Positions 8,954 to 16,870 of a DNA stretch of 26,627 bases are shown here, piece after piece. The notes beneath the pieces are model-generated. The model was not told the origin of the DNA and ran no database searches. It was given only the letters and a program-made list of their open reading frames with translations. Both the position numbers and the translations under genes were made by a program. Where the stretch lies: contig JBDLRO010000118.1 of NCBI GenBank assembly GCA_039800025.1, positions 1-26,627 of the forward strand. The letters are read 5' to 3'. How positions within the stretch are numbered: position 1 is the first letter of the stretch; each line of letters opens with the position of its first letter. The DNA is from Actinomycetota bacterium. Its GTDB lineage: Bacteria; Actinomycetota; Acidimicrobiia; Acidimicrobiales; Ilumatobacteraceae.

Positions 8954-9053
8954 AGCGCGTCGCGGGTTCGGTTCCGCGCTGTCAGCGCGTCGTGAGTTCG
9001 GTTCCGCGCTTTCAGCGCGTCGTGAGTTCGGTTCCGCGCTTTCAGCGCGGAAC
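8954..9053. repeat. 30-bp tandem repeat x3 plus a partial copy, each unit internally palindromic, ending in a perfect 10-bp hairpin; candidate bidirectional terminator
   Basis: Units start at 8954, 8984 and 9014 with consensus AGCGCGTCGTGAGTTCGGTTCCGCGCTTTC; unit 1 has 3 substitutions. Terminal hairpin GTTCCGCGCT-TTC-AGCGCGGAAC spans 9031-9053. Lies between convergent stops. Confidence 0.95.
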
Positions 9054-9641
9054 TGACGTGTGCTTGAACTCGTTGAGAGAGTCCCATTCGATCAGGTCGA
9101 GAATTCGCGAAATGGTGTGTCGAGCGAGGGCTTCGTCGCCATCTGGTCGATCGAGGAGTCGAACGAAGACCGCAGACTCACCCACGATGAAGACTGGGAC
9201 GCCCCACACGTGGTGAGAGCGGGCATATCGGGTGTGCTCGTCGCGGATCGTCGCCAAAGGTCGACCAGAGTCGACTTCGGTGAAAACGGATTCGGGATCG
9301 ATTCCGCATCCTCGCAGGACGACCGACAACGCCTCTCGGTCACGAAGGTCGCCGTTGCGAGTGTGCCGAAATTCGTAGAGAGCGTGGTGCAACTCGACGA
9401 ACGCGTGAGGTTGGTTGTCGCGCACGGCAACTCCGACCTGCAGAGCGAGAAGCCCGGAATCGGATTCGGGGGCGTCCCACACATCGGGCATGCCGGGTTC
9501 GACGTGGGATTGTCCGAGACAGAAGGGGACGAAGGAGACATCCCAATCTGCTCCACCCCGCAATCCATGAACGACGTGGTCATGTGCGATGCGTCCGTAC
9601 GGGCATCGGTAATCCCACGTGATGGCAAAGGATCGAGTCAT
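9042..9641 (-). CDS. DsbA/thioredoxin-fold protein with a monothiol CPYG site
   Basis: WDYRCPYG at the N-terminus and cis-Pro loop VWGVPVF. SD GGAG precedes ATG 9641; 9656 is an alternative start. Confidence 0.8.
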   Translation of the reverse strand: MTRSFAITWDYRCPYGRIAHDHVVHGLRGGADWDVSFVPFCLGQSHVEPGMPDVWDAPESDSGLLALQVGVAVRDNQPHAFVELHHALYEFRHTRNGDLRDREALSVVLRGCGIDPESVFTEVDSGRPLATIRDEHTRYARSHHVWGVPVFIVGESAVFVRLLDRPDGDEALARHTISRILDLIEWDSLNEFKHTSVPR

Positions 9642-9684
9642 CTGTGAATCTCCCATGTACGACCCGAGGTTCCGGGTGTGTGGA

Positions 9685-10239
9685 TCATTTGAGTCTCTTC
9701 ACCAGGGGTCGGGCAATCAGACCGAGTCCGAGTCCGACAGCTGCGCCGCCGATCACATCCGAGGCATGGTGAATTCTTACGAAGACGCGGCTCGTTGCAA
9801 CGACACCGGCAAGACCGAACCACAACGGCGCAGAACGTCGCCCATCGAGGCAAGTGAGAAGTGTCGCCGCGAAGAATGCGGAACTTGCGTGCCCACTCGG
9901 AAACGAACTCGTGGACGGCGTTCGAACATCGAATCGCTCATCGCCGCTTTCGGTCGGCCTTTGACGACGGAAGAGCTTCTTGATTCCCTGATTGACGATC
10001 AGCGACTCGGCTCCAAGAAGTGCGGACAGAGCCAGAGCCTGATCGGCACGTCGGTCGCTCGTCACGCCTCGTGCTGCGGCGACGATGTGCCAGATGAGGC
10101 TGAAATCGCCGAGATGACTCGCAGACGTGAACATTCGGGCAGCAGAGGGAGAGTCACGAAGGACTTCCAGCCTCTCATCGACGCGGGCATCGAAACCTTC
10201 GAGGTTCCGTAGGAGGTCACTGAATTCCGGCTTGGTCAT
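9685..10239 (-). CDS. PAP2-family membrane phosphatase
   Basis: All three PAP2 motifs: KKLFRRQRP, SFPSGH, SRVFVRIHHASDV. Confidence 0.92.
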   Translation of the reverse strand: MTKPEFSDLLRNLEGFDARVDERLEVLRDSPSAARMFTSASHLGDFSLIWHIVAAARGVTSDRRADQALALSALLGAESLIVNQGIKKLFRRQRPTESGDERFDVRTPSTSSFPSGHASSAFFAATLLTCLDGRRSAPLWFGLAGVVATSRVFVRIHHASDVIGGAAVGLGLGLIARPLVKRLK

Positions 10240-10284
10240 GATGGGTGTCCGACATGCTTCTCGACGAGGACGTGAGTTTCTCGT

Positions 10285-11148
10285 TCAGGGCTCCAACGTG
10301 TCAGCGAACGTGTCGATGATGCGCGCGACTCGCACGGGATCGACGAACGGACCGAAGTGGTCGAGATCGCTGTATTCGATGTGGTTCCCCTTCGGCAAAC
10401 GATCAGCGATCGCTTCGGCGAAACCCGATGGCTGGAAAGGTTCGGGGTGTCCACTCAGGACCCATACGGGAATGTCGATGTCGGGCATCTTCTTCCACAG
10501 TTGCGGAATCTCCGGATTGCGGAAGTTCTCTGCTTCGAGCGCCGGATCACATTTCAAGTGGACTCGTCCATCGTCGCCCTTGCGGAACCCACCGCGGACG
10601 TAGGCATCGAGGGCCTCGGGCGTGAAGTGAGTCATGGGCATCTTCGCGCCGTAGTTCTCGATCGCCTCTTCGAACGACTTGAACGACGACTTTCGACGAG
10701 CGGCGCCCTCTGCGAGAACATTGGGACGATTCGCCGGTATCCGGAGATCGTCTGGCTTGACGATCGGCTCGTACAACAGCAGACCCCGAAAGAGCCCGGG
10801 ATTCTTGAGTGCTGCTAGGAGGAGGGTGGCTCCGCCCATCGAGTGACCGACGCCGATGATTCCAGTGGGTTCGGCGATCGATTTACCGACAGCTGCGGCG
10901 TCGGCTCCGTAGCCGGTCCACGACACCTTCCAATCCTTCGGTGCAGGAGTGTCGCCGTGGCCGCGATGATCGAAGGCGTAGCAGTGGAATCGCTTGACGA
11001 GATTGTCGGCAACTGGCTTCCAGCACAAGCCGTGAAATCCATTGGCATGGGACAGAACGAGGTTCGGACCGATGCCGCCAAAATCGTAGGTGGCGACTTT
11101 GACTCCATTGGAGGAGGCAACTTTCATCGTCTTGATCTCACTGTCCAC
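10285..11148 (-). CDS. Alpha/beta-fold hydrolase
   Basis: Oxyanion HANGF, nucleophile elbow GHSMGG, C-terminal DHFGP. SD GGAGA before GTG. Confidence 0.92.
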   Translation of the reverse strand: MDSEIKTMKVASSNGVKVATYDFGGIGPNLVLSHANGFHGLCWKPVADNLVKRFHCYAFDHRGHGDTPAPKDWKVSWTGYGADAAAVGKSIAEPTGIIGVGHSMGGATLLLAALKNPGLFRGLLLYEPIVKPDDLRIPANRPNVLAEGAARRKSSFKSFEEAIENYGAKMPMTHFTPEALDAYVRGGFRKGDDGRVHLKCDPALEAENFRNPEIPQLWKKMPDIDIPVWVLSGHPEPFQPSGFAEAIADRLPKGNHIEYSDLDHFGPFVDPVRVARIIDTFADTLEP

Positions 11149-11170
11149 GATTCTCCGGGGGGTTGGCTAC

Positions 11171-11216
11171 CAGGTCTTCTTGGCAGGTCTTCTTGGCAGG
11201 TCTTCTTGGCAGGTCT
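11171..11216. repeat. 13-bp perfect tandem repeat (CAGGTCTTCTTGG) x3.5, intergenic
   Basis: Copies start at 11171, 11184 and 11197, with a partial CAGGTCT at 11210. Confidence 0.95.
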
Positions 11217-11232
11217 CGTTTGCAGACAATCC

Positions 11233-11487
11233 TCAACTGTCCTTGCGCCGGCGTCGGCGCACCCCGATGAAAAGTCGATCGGAGAGGACGCCGAGAGCAA
11301 CGGCCACGACCAGGCTGACCCACTGGCGAGTGTCGGTCTCGAAGAAGAGAAAGTCGATGGAGACCTCGTCGCGATTGGACAGAACGAAGATCAGGGCGAG
11401 CACGGCGGCAATGATGAATCCGATGAGTCGCCAGGGGATCTCTTTGCCCTTCTGTGAACCGGTACCAGCGCTCGTGTTCTCGTCCAT
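11233..11487 (-). CDS. Small membrane protein, LapA/DUF1049-like
   Basis: Two hydrophobic segments around FVLSNRDEVSIDFLFF, a basic tail RRRRRK, and SD AAGGAG. Confidence 0.8.
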   Translation of the reverse strand: MDENTSAGTGSQKGKEIPWRLIGFIIAAVLALIFVLSNRDEVSIDFLFFETDTRQWVSLVVAVALGVLSDRLFIGVRRRRRKDS

Positions 11488-11540
11488 GATTCTCCTTGTT
11501 GGTTCTCTTCAGGGGTTCTCGTCGGGATGCGGAACGGAAC

Positions 11541-11570
11541 CTCGGAAGTCGCCGAGACCGACTTCACGAG
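11541..11570. terminator. GC-rich hairpin downstream of the acyl-CoA dehydrogenase; possible terminator
   Basis: CTCG-GAAGTCG-ccgagac-CGACTTC-a-CGAG. No U-tract. Confidence 0.4.
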
Positions 11571-11608
11571 CCGAATCATCGGGACGCATCGTTCGGTTTC
11601 GGTGAATT

Positions 11609-12736
11609 CTAACGGGAGTCTCGAGAATCGGGTCGGGGCTCGCGGGGGAGTCCGAGCAGCCTTTCGCCGATGATGTTCTTCTGGACTTGGCTCGTGCCCC
11701 CAGCGATCCGCCCCCCAGGGGCGGCCAGAACTCCGAACGACTCAGGACCATCCAGAACCGACTCGATGCCGGTGATGTCGGACCGCAAAATCGACGTTTC
11801 GAACATCATTTCGGTGATGCCGAGTTTCATGAGAGATGCGGCGGTGGAAGCCACGGGCCCCTGTCGCTGGGCCATGGCCTTGTACGCCATTCCACTCGAC
11901 AGCAGCGCGATCAAACGCTGCCGTTCGAGGACTGAGAGGTCTCGACCATGTGCGAGTCGGGAAATGGAGTCGAGGCGGCGCTCGAGAGATACGACGCTGG
12001 TGCCGATATGGCCGCGTTCCGAGGTCAACACGGCCATTCCGACACCCCATCCGCCATGGATGGGGCCGAGAAGAGAGTCTGCGGGAACGTGGACGTCGGT
12101 GAAGAACACCTCGTCGAACTCGGACTCGCCGGTCATCTGCTTGAGCGGCCTCACGTCGATTCCCGGGAGGCTCATGTCGAGAAGGAAGAAGCTGATGCCT
12201 TCGTGCTTCGGTGCTTGCGTGTCGGTGCGCGCCATGAGGATGCCCCAATTGCTGTACCGGCCACCTGAGCACCACACCTTTTGTCCATTGACGATGAAGC
12301 GGTCGCCGTCGCGCTCGGCGCGCGTCGACAGGGATCCGAGATCACTCCCGGCTCCCGGCTCGCTGAACAACTGACACCACACGTGCTCCGCGCGCAAAGT
12401 TGCCTCGAGATGGCGGGCTTGTTGCTCGGGCGTGCCGAACTTCTGGATCGCGCCGCCCGCAAGAACGAGACCGACCATGTTGAAGACGCCGGGGAGTCCG
12501 ACGATTGCACATTCGTAGAGCCATTGGGCCTGATGGGCCGGAGTCAAACCCTGGCCACCGAACTCGACCGGCCAGTGAATGCCCGCGCGTCCACTCGCGA
12601 AGAGATGCCGCTGCCACTGCAGACCCTGTTCGACGAGATCGGGAGGGCAGATCGCGCCGTAGTCGCGGGGCGCTCGCCCTGCATGGACAGCCAGCCACTC
12701 CTTTGCTTCCTGTGCGAACTCCTCGACGCTGATCAC
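11609..12736 (-). CDS. Acyl-CoA dehydrogenase (FadE-like)
   Basis: WCQLFSEPGAGSDL, NGQKVW, FDEVFFTDV, LTSERG, GGTSQVQKNIIGERLLGLPRE. Start moved to GTG 12736; the ORF-track extension overlaps the upstream SDR. Confidence 0.93.
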   Translation of the reverse strand: MISVEEFAQEAKEWLAVHAGRAPRDYGAICPPDLVEQGLQWQRHLFASGRAGIHWPVEFGGQGLTPAHQAQWLYECAIVGLPGVFNMVGLVLAGGAIQKFGTPEQQARHLEATLRAEHVWCQLFSEPGAGSDLGSLSTRAERDGDRFIVNGQKVWCSGGRYSNWGILMARTDTQAPKHEGISFFLLDMSLPGIDVRPLKQMTGESEFDEVFFTDVHVPADSLLGPIHGGWGVGMAVLTSERGHIGTSVVSLERRLDSISRLAHGRDLSVLERQRLIALLSSGMAYKAMAQRQGPVASTAASLMKLGITEMMFETSILRSDITGIESVLDGPESFGVLAAPGGRIAGGTSQVQKNIIGERLLGLPREPRPDSRDSR

Positions 12737-12762
12737 GGTCTCGGTCTTTCGATTGACGAGGT

Positions 12763-13656
12763 TCAGGCGAAGAACGGAAGGAACAACTGTGTTTCCTCTC
12801 CGAGATTCGCGGGCACGGCGTATCCGGTCTGGTCGGTGATCGTCGACCAGTTCGTCTCCACGTCCTCGGGAGTGAGATTCGGTGAGTAGAAGCCCTTCGT
12901 CTCTCCGATGAACACCTGAGCCACCCGACCGCCGCCGACCGAGAAGACCTGTCCCGAAGCAGGGCAATTCTCGTGGGCGAGGAACGCCACGAGAGGTGAC
13001 ACGTGACCGGGGTCGAGTTTGTCGGCCAGTCCTCCCATGATGTTCTCGGTCATCCGCGTCAGAGCGAGCGGAGCGATCGCGTTGGCTTTGATGTTGTTGC
13101 GGGCACCTTCGACGGCGAGAACTCGTGTGAAGCCGACAAGCCCCATCTTCGCTGCGCCGTAATTCGTCTGGCCGAAGTTGCCGAAGATACCGGCTGCCGA
13201 CGACGTCGAAACGATGCGTCCGTAGCCCTGTTCGCGCATGCGAACAAATGCGGGTTTGGTGACGTAGAAGGCGCCTTTCAAGTGCACGTCGAGGACCGGA
13301 TTCAACAAGTCGGGCTCCATGTTGTGGAACGCCTTGTCTCGCAGAATGCCTGCATTGTTGATGACGATGTCGACGCGTCCGTAGGCATCGATCGCTGATT
13401 GCACGATTGCCTCTCCGCCTTCGGGAGTGGCGACAGAATTCGTGTCGGCGACAGCCTCACCTCCAGCTTCTTTGATCTCGTCGACGACCTTTTGTGCAGC
13501 CGAGGTGCTCGCACCGGTTCCGTCGACGGATCCACCAAGATCGTTGACGACGATCAATGCGCCACGAGACGCCATGAGGAGGGCATGCTGGCGACCGAGA
13601 CCACCGCCTGCTCCGGTGATGATCGCAACTTTTCCGTCGAATCCGAGATTGGACAT
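12763..13656 (-). CDS. SDR, MFE-2/3-hydroxyacyl-CoA dehydrogenase-like (Rv0148-like)
   Basis: TGAGGGLG, VVNDLG, NNAGILRD, GNFGQTNYGAAK. SD AGAGGAG before ATG 13656. Confidence 0.93.
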   Translation of the reverse strand: MSNLGFDGKVAIITGAGGGLGRQHALLMASRGALIVVNDLGGSVDGTGASTSAAQKVVDEIKEAGGEAVADTNSVATPEGGEAIVQSAIDAYGRVDIVINNAGILRDKAFHNMEPDLLNPVLDVHLKGAFYVTKPAFVRMREQGYGRIVSTSSAAGIFGNFGQTNYGAAKMGLVGFTRVLAVEGARNNIKANAIAPLALTRMTENIMGGLADKLDPGHVSPLVAFLAHENCPASGQVFSVGGGRVAQVFIGETKGFYSPNLTPEDVETNWSTITDQTGYAVPANLGEETQLFLPFFA

Positions 13657-13794
13657 GGCACTCCTCTGGCTGTCGGTTTGATCTGATGTCCGATGTCGGC
13701 CGAGTGGGACGCCCGAACGAACAAGGTGACGATATCCGGGTCGCTCTCGCACCCTTCAGTCCGATCCAGAGGCTCACTGCGACCCCGTGATTCC

Positions 13795-13825
13795 GGTCCT
13801 CATGTTTTGGGTCCACATGTTTCGG
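13795..13825. repeat. 15-bp imperfect tandem direct repeat x2 (13/15 identical)
   Basis: GTCCTCATGTTTTGG (13796-13810) followed by GTCCACATGTTTCGG (13811-13825). Confidence 0.8.
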
Positions 13826-13861
13826 GCTCGCAGCGGCACGAGGAACATGAACGTCGTGCGA

Positions 13862-15484
13862 TCACCCAGTGAGTCGAGCAGCCAGGTCGGTCAGACCTCG
13901 GTAGTCCAACTTGCCATTGTTGGCTCGGTTGACGCTCGGAACCACGAGGACGCGCCTCGGAGACTTGTAGGCCGCGAGGTGTCGTCGCACGTGTCCGATG
14001 ACTTCGGCTTCGTCGATCGAGTGACCAGCATGCAGTTCGACGAGAGCCGTCACCGACTGGCCGAATCGGTCATCGGGCAGGCCGACCACTGCGGCATCGG
14101 CGATCGAAGGGTGCGTCTTGAGGGACTCCTCGACCTCTTCTGGGTAGACCTTCTCTCCGCCGGTGTTGATGCATTGGCTTCCGCGGCCGAGAAGGTGGAC
14201 CGTCCCATCGGCATCGATGCGTGCCCAGTCGCCCGGAATCGACCAGCGCACTCCGTCGATGACTTCGAAGGTTTTCGCCGACTTCTCGGGATCCTTGTAG
14301 TACCCGATCGGAGTGTTGCCGCGAAGGGCGACGCGTCCGATTTCGTCACTGCCCGGTTGGACCTCGCGCCCGTCTTCGGTCAGGACACGGGTATTGGGGC
14401 CGAGGACGAAGGTTGCGGTCCGTGAGGCTCCGTCGATGGTCGTGGTGTTCTGGGCCATTCCGATTGCTTCGGAGGAGCCGAGAGCGTCGACCATGATCAA
14501 ACGTTCATTGTGCGCGAGGAGGCCCTTCTTCGTCTCCGCTGCGAACATGACCCCGCTCGAGACGATGACTCGCAGTGACGAAATGTCCCATCGATTCGGG
14601 TTTGCGTCGAGAGTGCGAAGAATCGGCTTGGCGAACGCGTCACCGACGATCGATATCGAGTTGACCTTGCGTGCCTCGATGACGGCGAGCAGTTCCTCGG
14701 GATCGAACTTGCGTCCGAGGAGCGTGACCACGCATCCGCCCACCATCAAGTTGCTCATGGCGTTGAACAAGCCGGTGCCGTGCATCAACGGAGCAGCAGG
14801 AAGATTCTTGGGTCCTGGTTTTGCGTATCGATCAACGAGTGCATCAGCATCGGGCTCCGGCGGGAGTCGCTTCTTGTTCGTGCTGTCGAGCGTCAGGAAC
14901 AAATCCTCCTGCCGCCACATCACGCCCTTGGGCATGCCAGTGGTGCCACCCGTGTAGAGAAGCAGCAGATCGTCGCCAGAGCGTCCCCAAGGAGCTCGTA
15001 CCGAATCGACGGCACCGCGAGACGCGACTCGTTCGTAGTCGAGCGCCCATGAAGGACATGGGTGTGTGTCGTCGTCGACCCAGAGCCAGGTGCGAACTCG
15101 AGGGACTCGATCGCGGATTCGAGCGATCGTGTCGGTGAATGTTGCGTGGAAGACCACTGCAACGGCGTCCGAGTTGTCCCAGAGGTAGACCAGTTCGTCG
15201 TCCGTATAGCGGTAGTTGGTGTTGACGGGCGCCAAGCCGACCTTGAATGCCGCGAACAGTGACTCGAGGTACTGCGGACAGTTGTAGAGGTACTGAGCGA
15301 TCTTGTCCTGACGAGCGACCCCGCTCTCCAGCAGCGCTGCGGCAACGCCGTTCGCTCTCGAGTCGAACTCCTGCCACGACCACGAACTTTCCCCATGTTC
15401 CTGTGCAGGGGCGGCGGGAAGCCGCTGAGCGACCATCTCCCAAACATCGGCGAAATTCCATTGGGTCGTTGCAGGGCAGGTCAC
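13862..15484 (-). CDS. Acyl-CoA synthetase (AMP-binding; FadD19-like)
   Basis: YTGGTTGMPKG P-loop, PLMHG, GSSE, IPGD, INTGGEKVYPEEVE, NGKLD. GTG 15484 is supported by a TACCAT box 6 nt upstream. Confidence 0.93.
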   Translation of the reverse strand: MTCPATTQWNFADVWEMVAQRLPAAPAQEHGESSWSWQEFDSRANGVAAALLESGVARQDKIAQYLYNCPQYLESLFAAFKVGLAPVNTNYRYTDDELVYLWDNSDAVAVVFHATFTDTIARIRDRVPRVRTWLWVDDDTHPCPSWALDYERVASRGAVDSVRAPWGRSGDDLLLLYTGGTTGMPKGVMWRQEDLFLTLDSTNKKRLPPEPDADALVDRYAKPGPKNLPAAPLMHGTGLFNAMSNLMVGGCVVTLLGRKFDPEELLAVIEARKVNSISIVGDAFAKPILRTLDANPNRWDISSLRVIVSSGVMFAAETKKGLLAHNERLIMVDALGSSEAIGMAQNTTTIDGASRTATFVLGPNTRVLTEDGREVQPGSDEIGRVALRGNTPIGYYKDPEKSAKTFEVIDGVRWSIPGDWARIDADGTVHLLGRGSQCINTGGEKVYPEEVEESLKTHPSIADAAVVGLPDDRFGQSVTALVELHAGHSIDEAEVIGHVRRHLAAYKSPRRVLVVPSVNRANNGKLDYRGLTDLAARLTG

Positions 15485-15490
15485 GGCTCG

Positions 15491-15496
15491 ATGGTA
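15491..15496 (-). promoter_or_regulatory. Putative -10 box TACCAT (leaderless start at 15484)
   Basis: Minus strand reads TACCAT-CGAGCC-GTG. Confidence 0.5.
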
Positions 15497-15602
15497 CGCG
15501 GTCGAGGTATGCGGATGGGTCCGGAAACGACGTCGGTCGCTCCCGGCCATGGATGACTGTTGAGCGACAGACAATCAGCACCACGACGAGGAAGCCTCGG
15601 AC

Positions 15603-16844
15603 ATGAATTATCGTCACCTCATGGATTTCGAGTTACCCGGACAGGACGATGCGCGACGTACGGACATTCGCACGTGGATCGAAGCACATCCGAAACCGAC
15701 CGGTCGTGAACTTGCGGAGGCGGGTCTCGTGGCACCGCACTGGCCGAAACCGTATGGACGCGAAGCGGATCCGGTTCATCAGCTGATCATCGACGACGAA
15801 CTCTCGAAAGCCGGAATCCGCCGTCCAGCGAATCCGATCGGTATCGGATGGGCTGGACCAACGATTCTGTTTGCAGGAACCGAAGAGCAGAAGTCGACGT
15901 ATCTCACGAGACTCCTCTCGGGTGAAGACTTTTGGTGTCAGCTCTTCAGCGAACCGGGTAGCGGAAGCGACCTTGCCAATCTGTCGACGCGAGCCGTGCG
16001 TGACGGCGAGGAGTACATCGTCAACGGACAGAAGATCTGGACGAGCGGTGCACAGTTCGCAAAATTCGGAATTCTGATCGCGCGGACGAACCCTGACGCC
16101 CCCAAGCACAAGGGCGTGTCGTACTTCATCTGCCCCATGGACTTGCCCGGAATCGAGATTCGTCCGATCAAGGAGATGACCGGGGGAGCAACGTTCAACG
16201 AAGTCTTCTTCACCGATGTCCGGCTTCCAGCGGCGAACCTCGTGGGGGACGAGAACGAGGGTTGGCGTTTGGCGAAGGTGACGCTCGGCAACGAGCGCGT
16301 CTCGCTGTCGACGGGGGGCGTTCTTTGGGGAAGTGGTCCAACGGCGCTCGAGATGCTCGATGCTGTTCGGCTCCAAGGTCCGATCACGGATCCGGTGATG
16401 CGCCAGCGACTTGCCGGTGTCTACACCGAACACGTTCTCCTCGACTTGATCCGCATGCGAACTCTGTCGGCGAGATTGCGCGGTGAGCAGCCAGGTCCTG
16501 AGGCGAGTATCCGCAAGATCCTCGCCGATGAACACGGCCAGAACGTGATGGAGACAGCCCGCGATCTCATCGGCGCACATGCGATGTTGCAGCATTCTGG
16601 TGCAGACGTCCGAGATGAACACACGGGTCTCGGTGGTGGAGGCGGAGTGGGAACTCGGCCTCTCGAGCATGTTGGCTGGCTGCACGGGTACCTCTTCGCC
16701 CGCTCGTTGACGATCGGCGGAGGAACGGGTGAGGTTCAGAGAAACATCGTTGCCGAGCGTGTCCTCGGACTTCCCCACGATGTGGATGTCCAACACGGAC
16801 TGAGTTGGTCGCAAGCTCAGCGAGGTCCACAAGTAACGTCGTGA
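15603..16844 (+). CDS. Acyl-CoA dehydrogenase (FadE-like)
   Basis: WCQLFSEPGSGSDL, NGQKIWTS, FNEVFFTDV, TLGNER, TIGGGTGEVQRNIVAERVLGLP. Start at 15603 or 15621. Confidence 0.95.
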   Translation: MNYRHLMDFELPGQDDARRTDIRTWIEAHPKPTGRELAEAGLVAPHWPKPYGREADPVHQLIIDDELSKAGIRRPANPIGIGWAGPTILFAGTEEQKSTYLTRLLSGEDFWCQLFSEPGSGSDLANLSTRAVRDGEEYIVNGQKIWTSGAQFAKFGILIARTNPDAPKHKGVSYFICPMDLPGIEIRPIKEMTGGATFNEVFFTDVRLPAANLVGDENEGWRLAKVTLGNERVSLSTGGVLWGSGPTALEMLDAVRLQGPITDPVMRQRLAGVYTEHVLLDLIRMRTLSARLRGEQPGPEASIRKILADEHGQNVMETARDLIGAHAMLQHSGADVRDEHTGLGGGGGVGTRPLEHVGWLHGYLFARSLTIGGGTGEVQRNIVAERVLGLPHDVDVQHGLSWSQAQRGPQVTS

Positions 16845-16870
16845 ACAGGACGTTTCAAAGGGGAATCATC

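Noticed and set aside
8954-9053. 30-bp palindromic repeats as a mini-CRISPR array
   Set aside because: The units are contiguous with no unique spacers, and there are no cas genes in the window.
8992-9216. 74-aa ORF MSSVPRFQRVVSSVPRFQR...
   Set aside because: It is just the translation of the tandem repeat running antisense into the DsbA-like gene.
11146-11495. Identical GGAGAATC immediately before the starts at 11148 and 11487
   Set aside because: Explained by an SD plus a short spacer; too short to claim a separate element.
12737-12967. N-terminal extension of the acyl-CoA dehydrogenase in the ORF track
   Set aside because: It overlaps the 3' end of the SDR gene; family similarity begins at GTG 12736.
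13657-13800. Glycine or SAM-I riboswitch
   Set aside because: Only fragments match (CUCUGGA...GAAGG...CAGAG; AUCCAGAG). The core motifs GGAGAG/CUCUCAGG and GAGGGA/GGCAACC are missing.
13811-13824. KstR operator (TnnAACnnGTTnnA)
   Set aside because: Only 5 of 8 consensus positions match, and none was seen in the divergent gap at 15485-15602.
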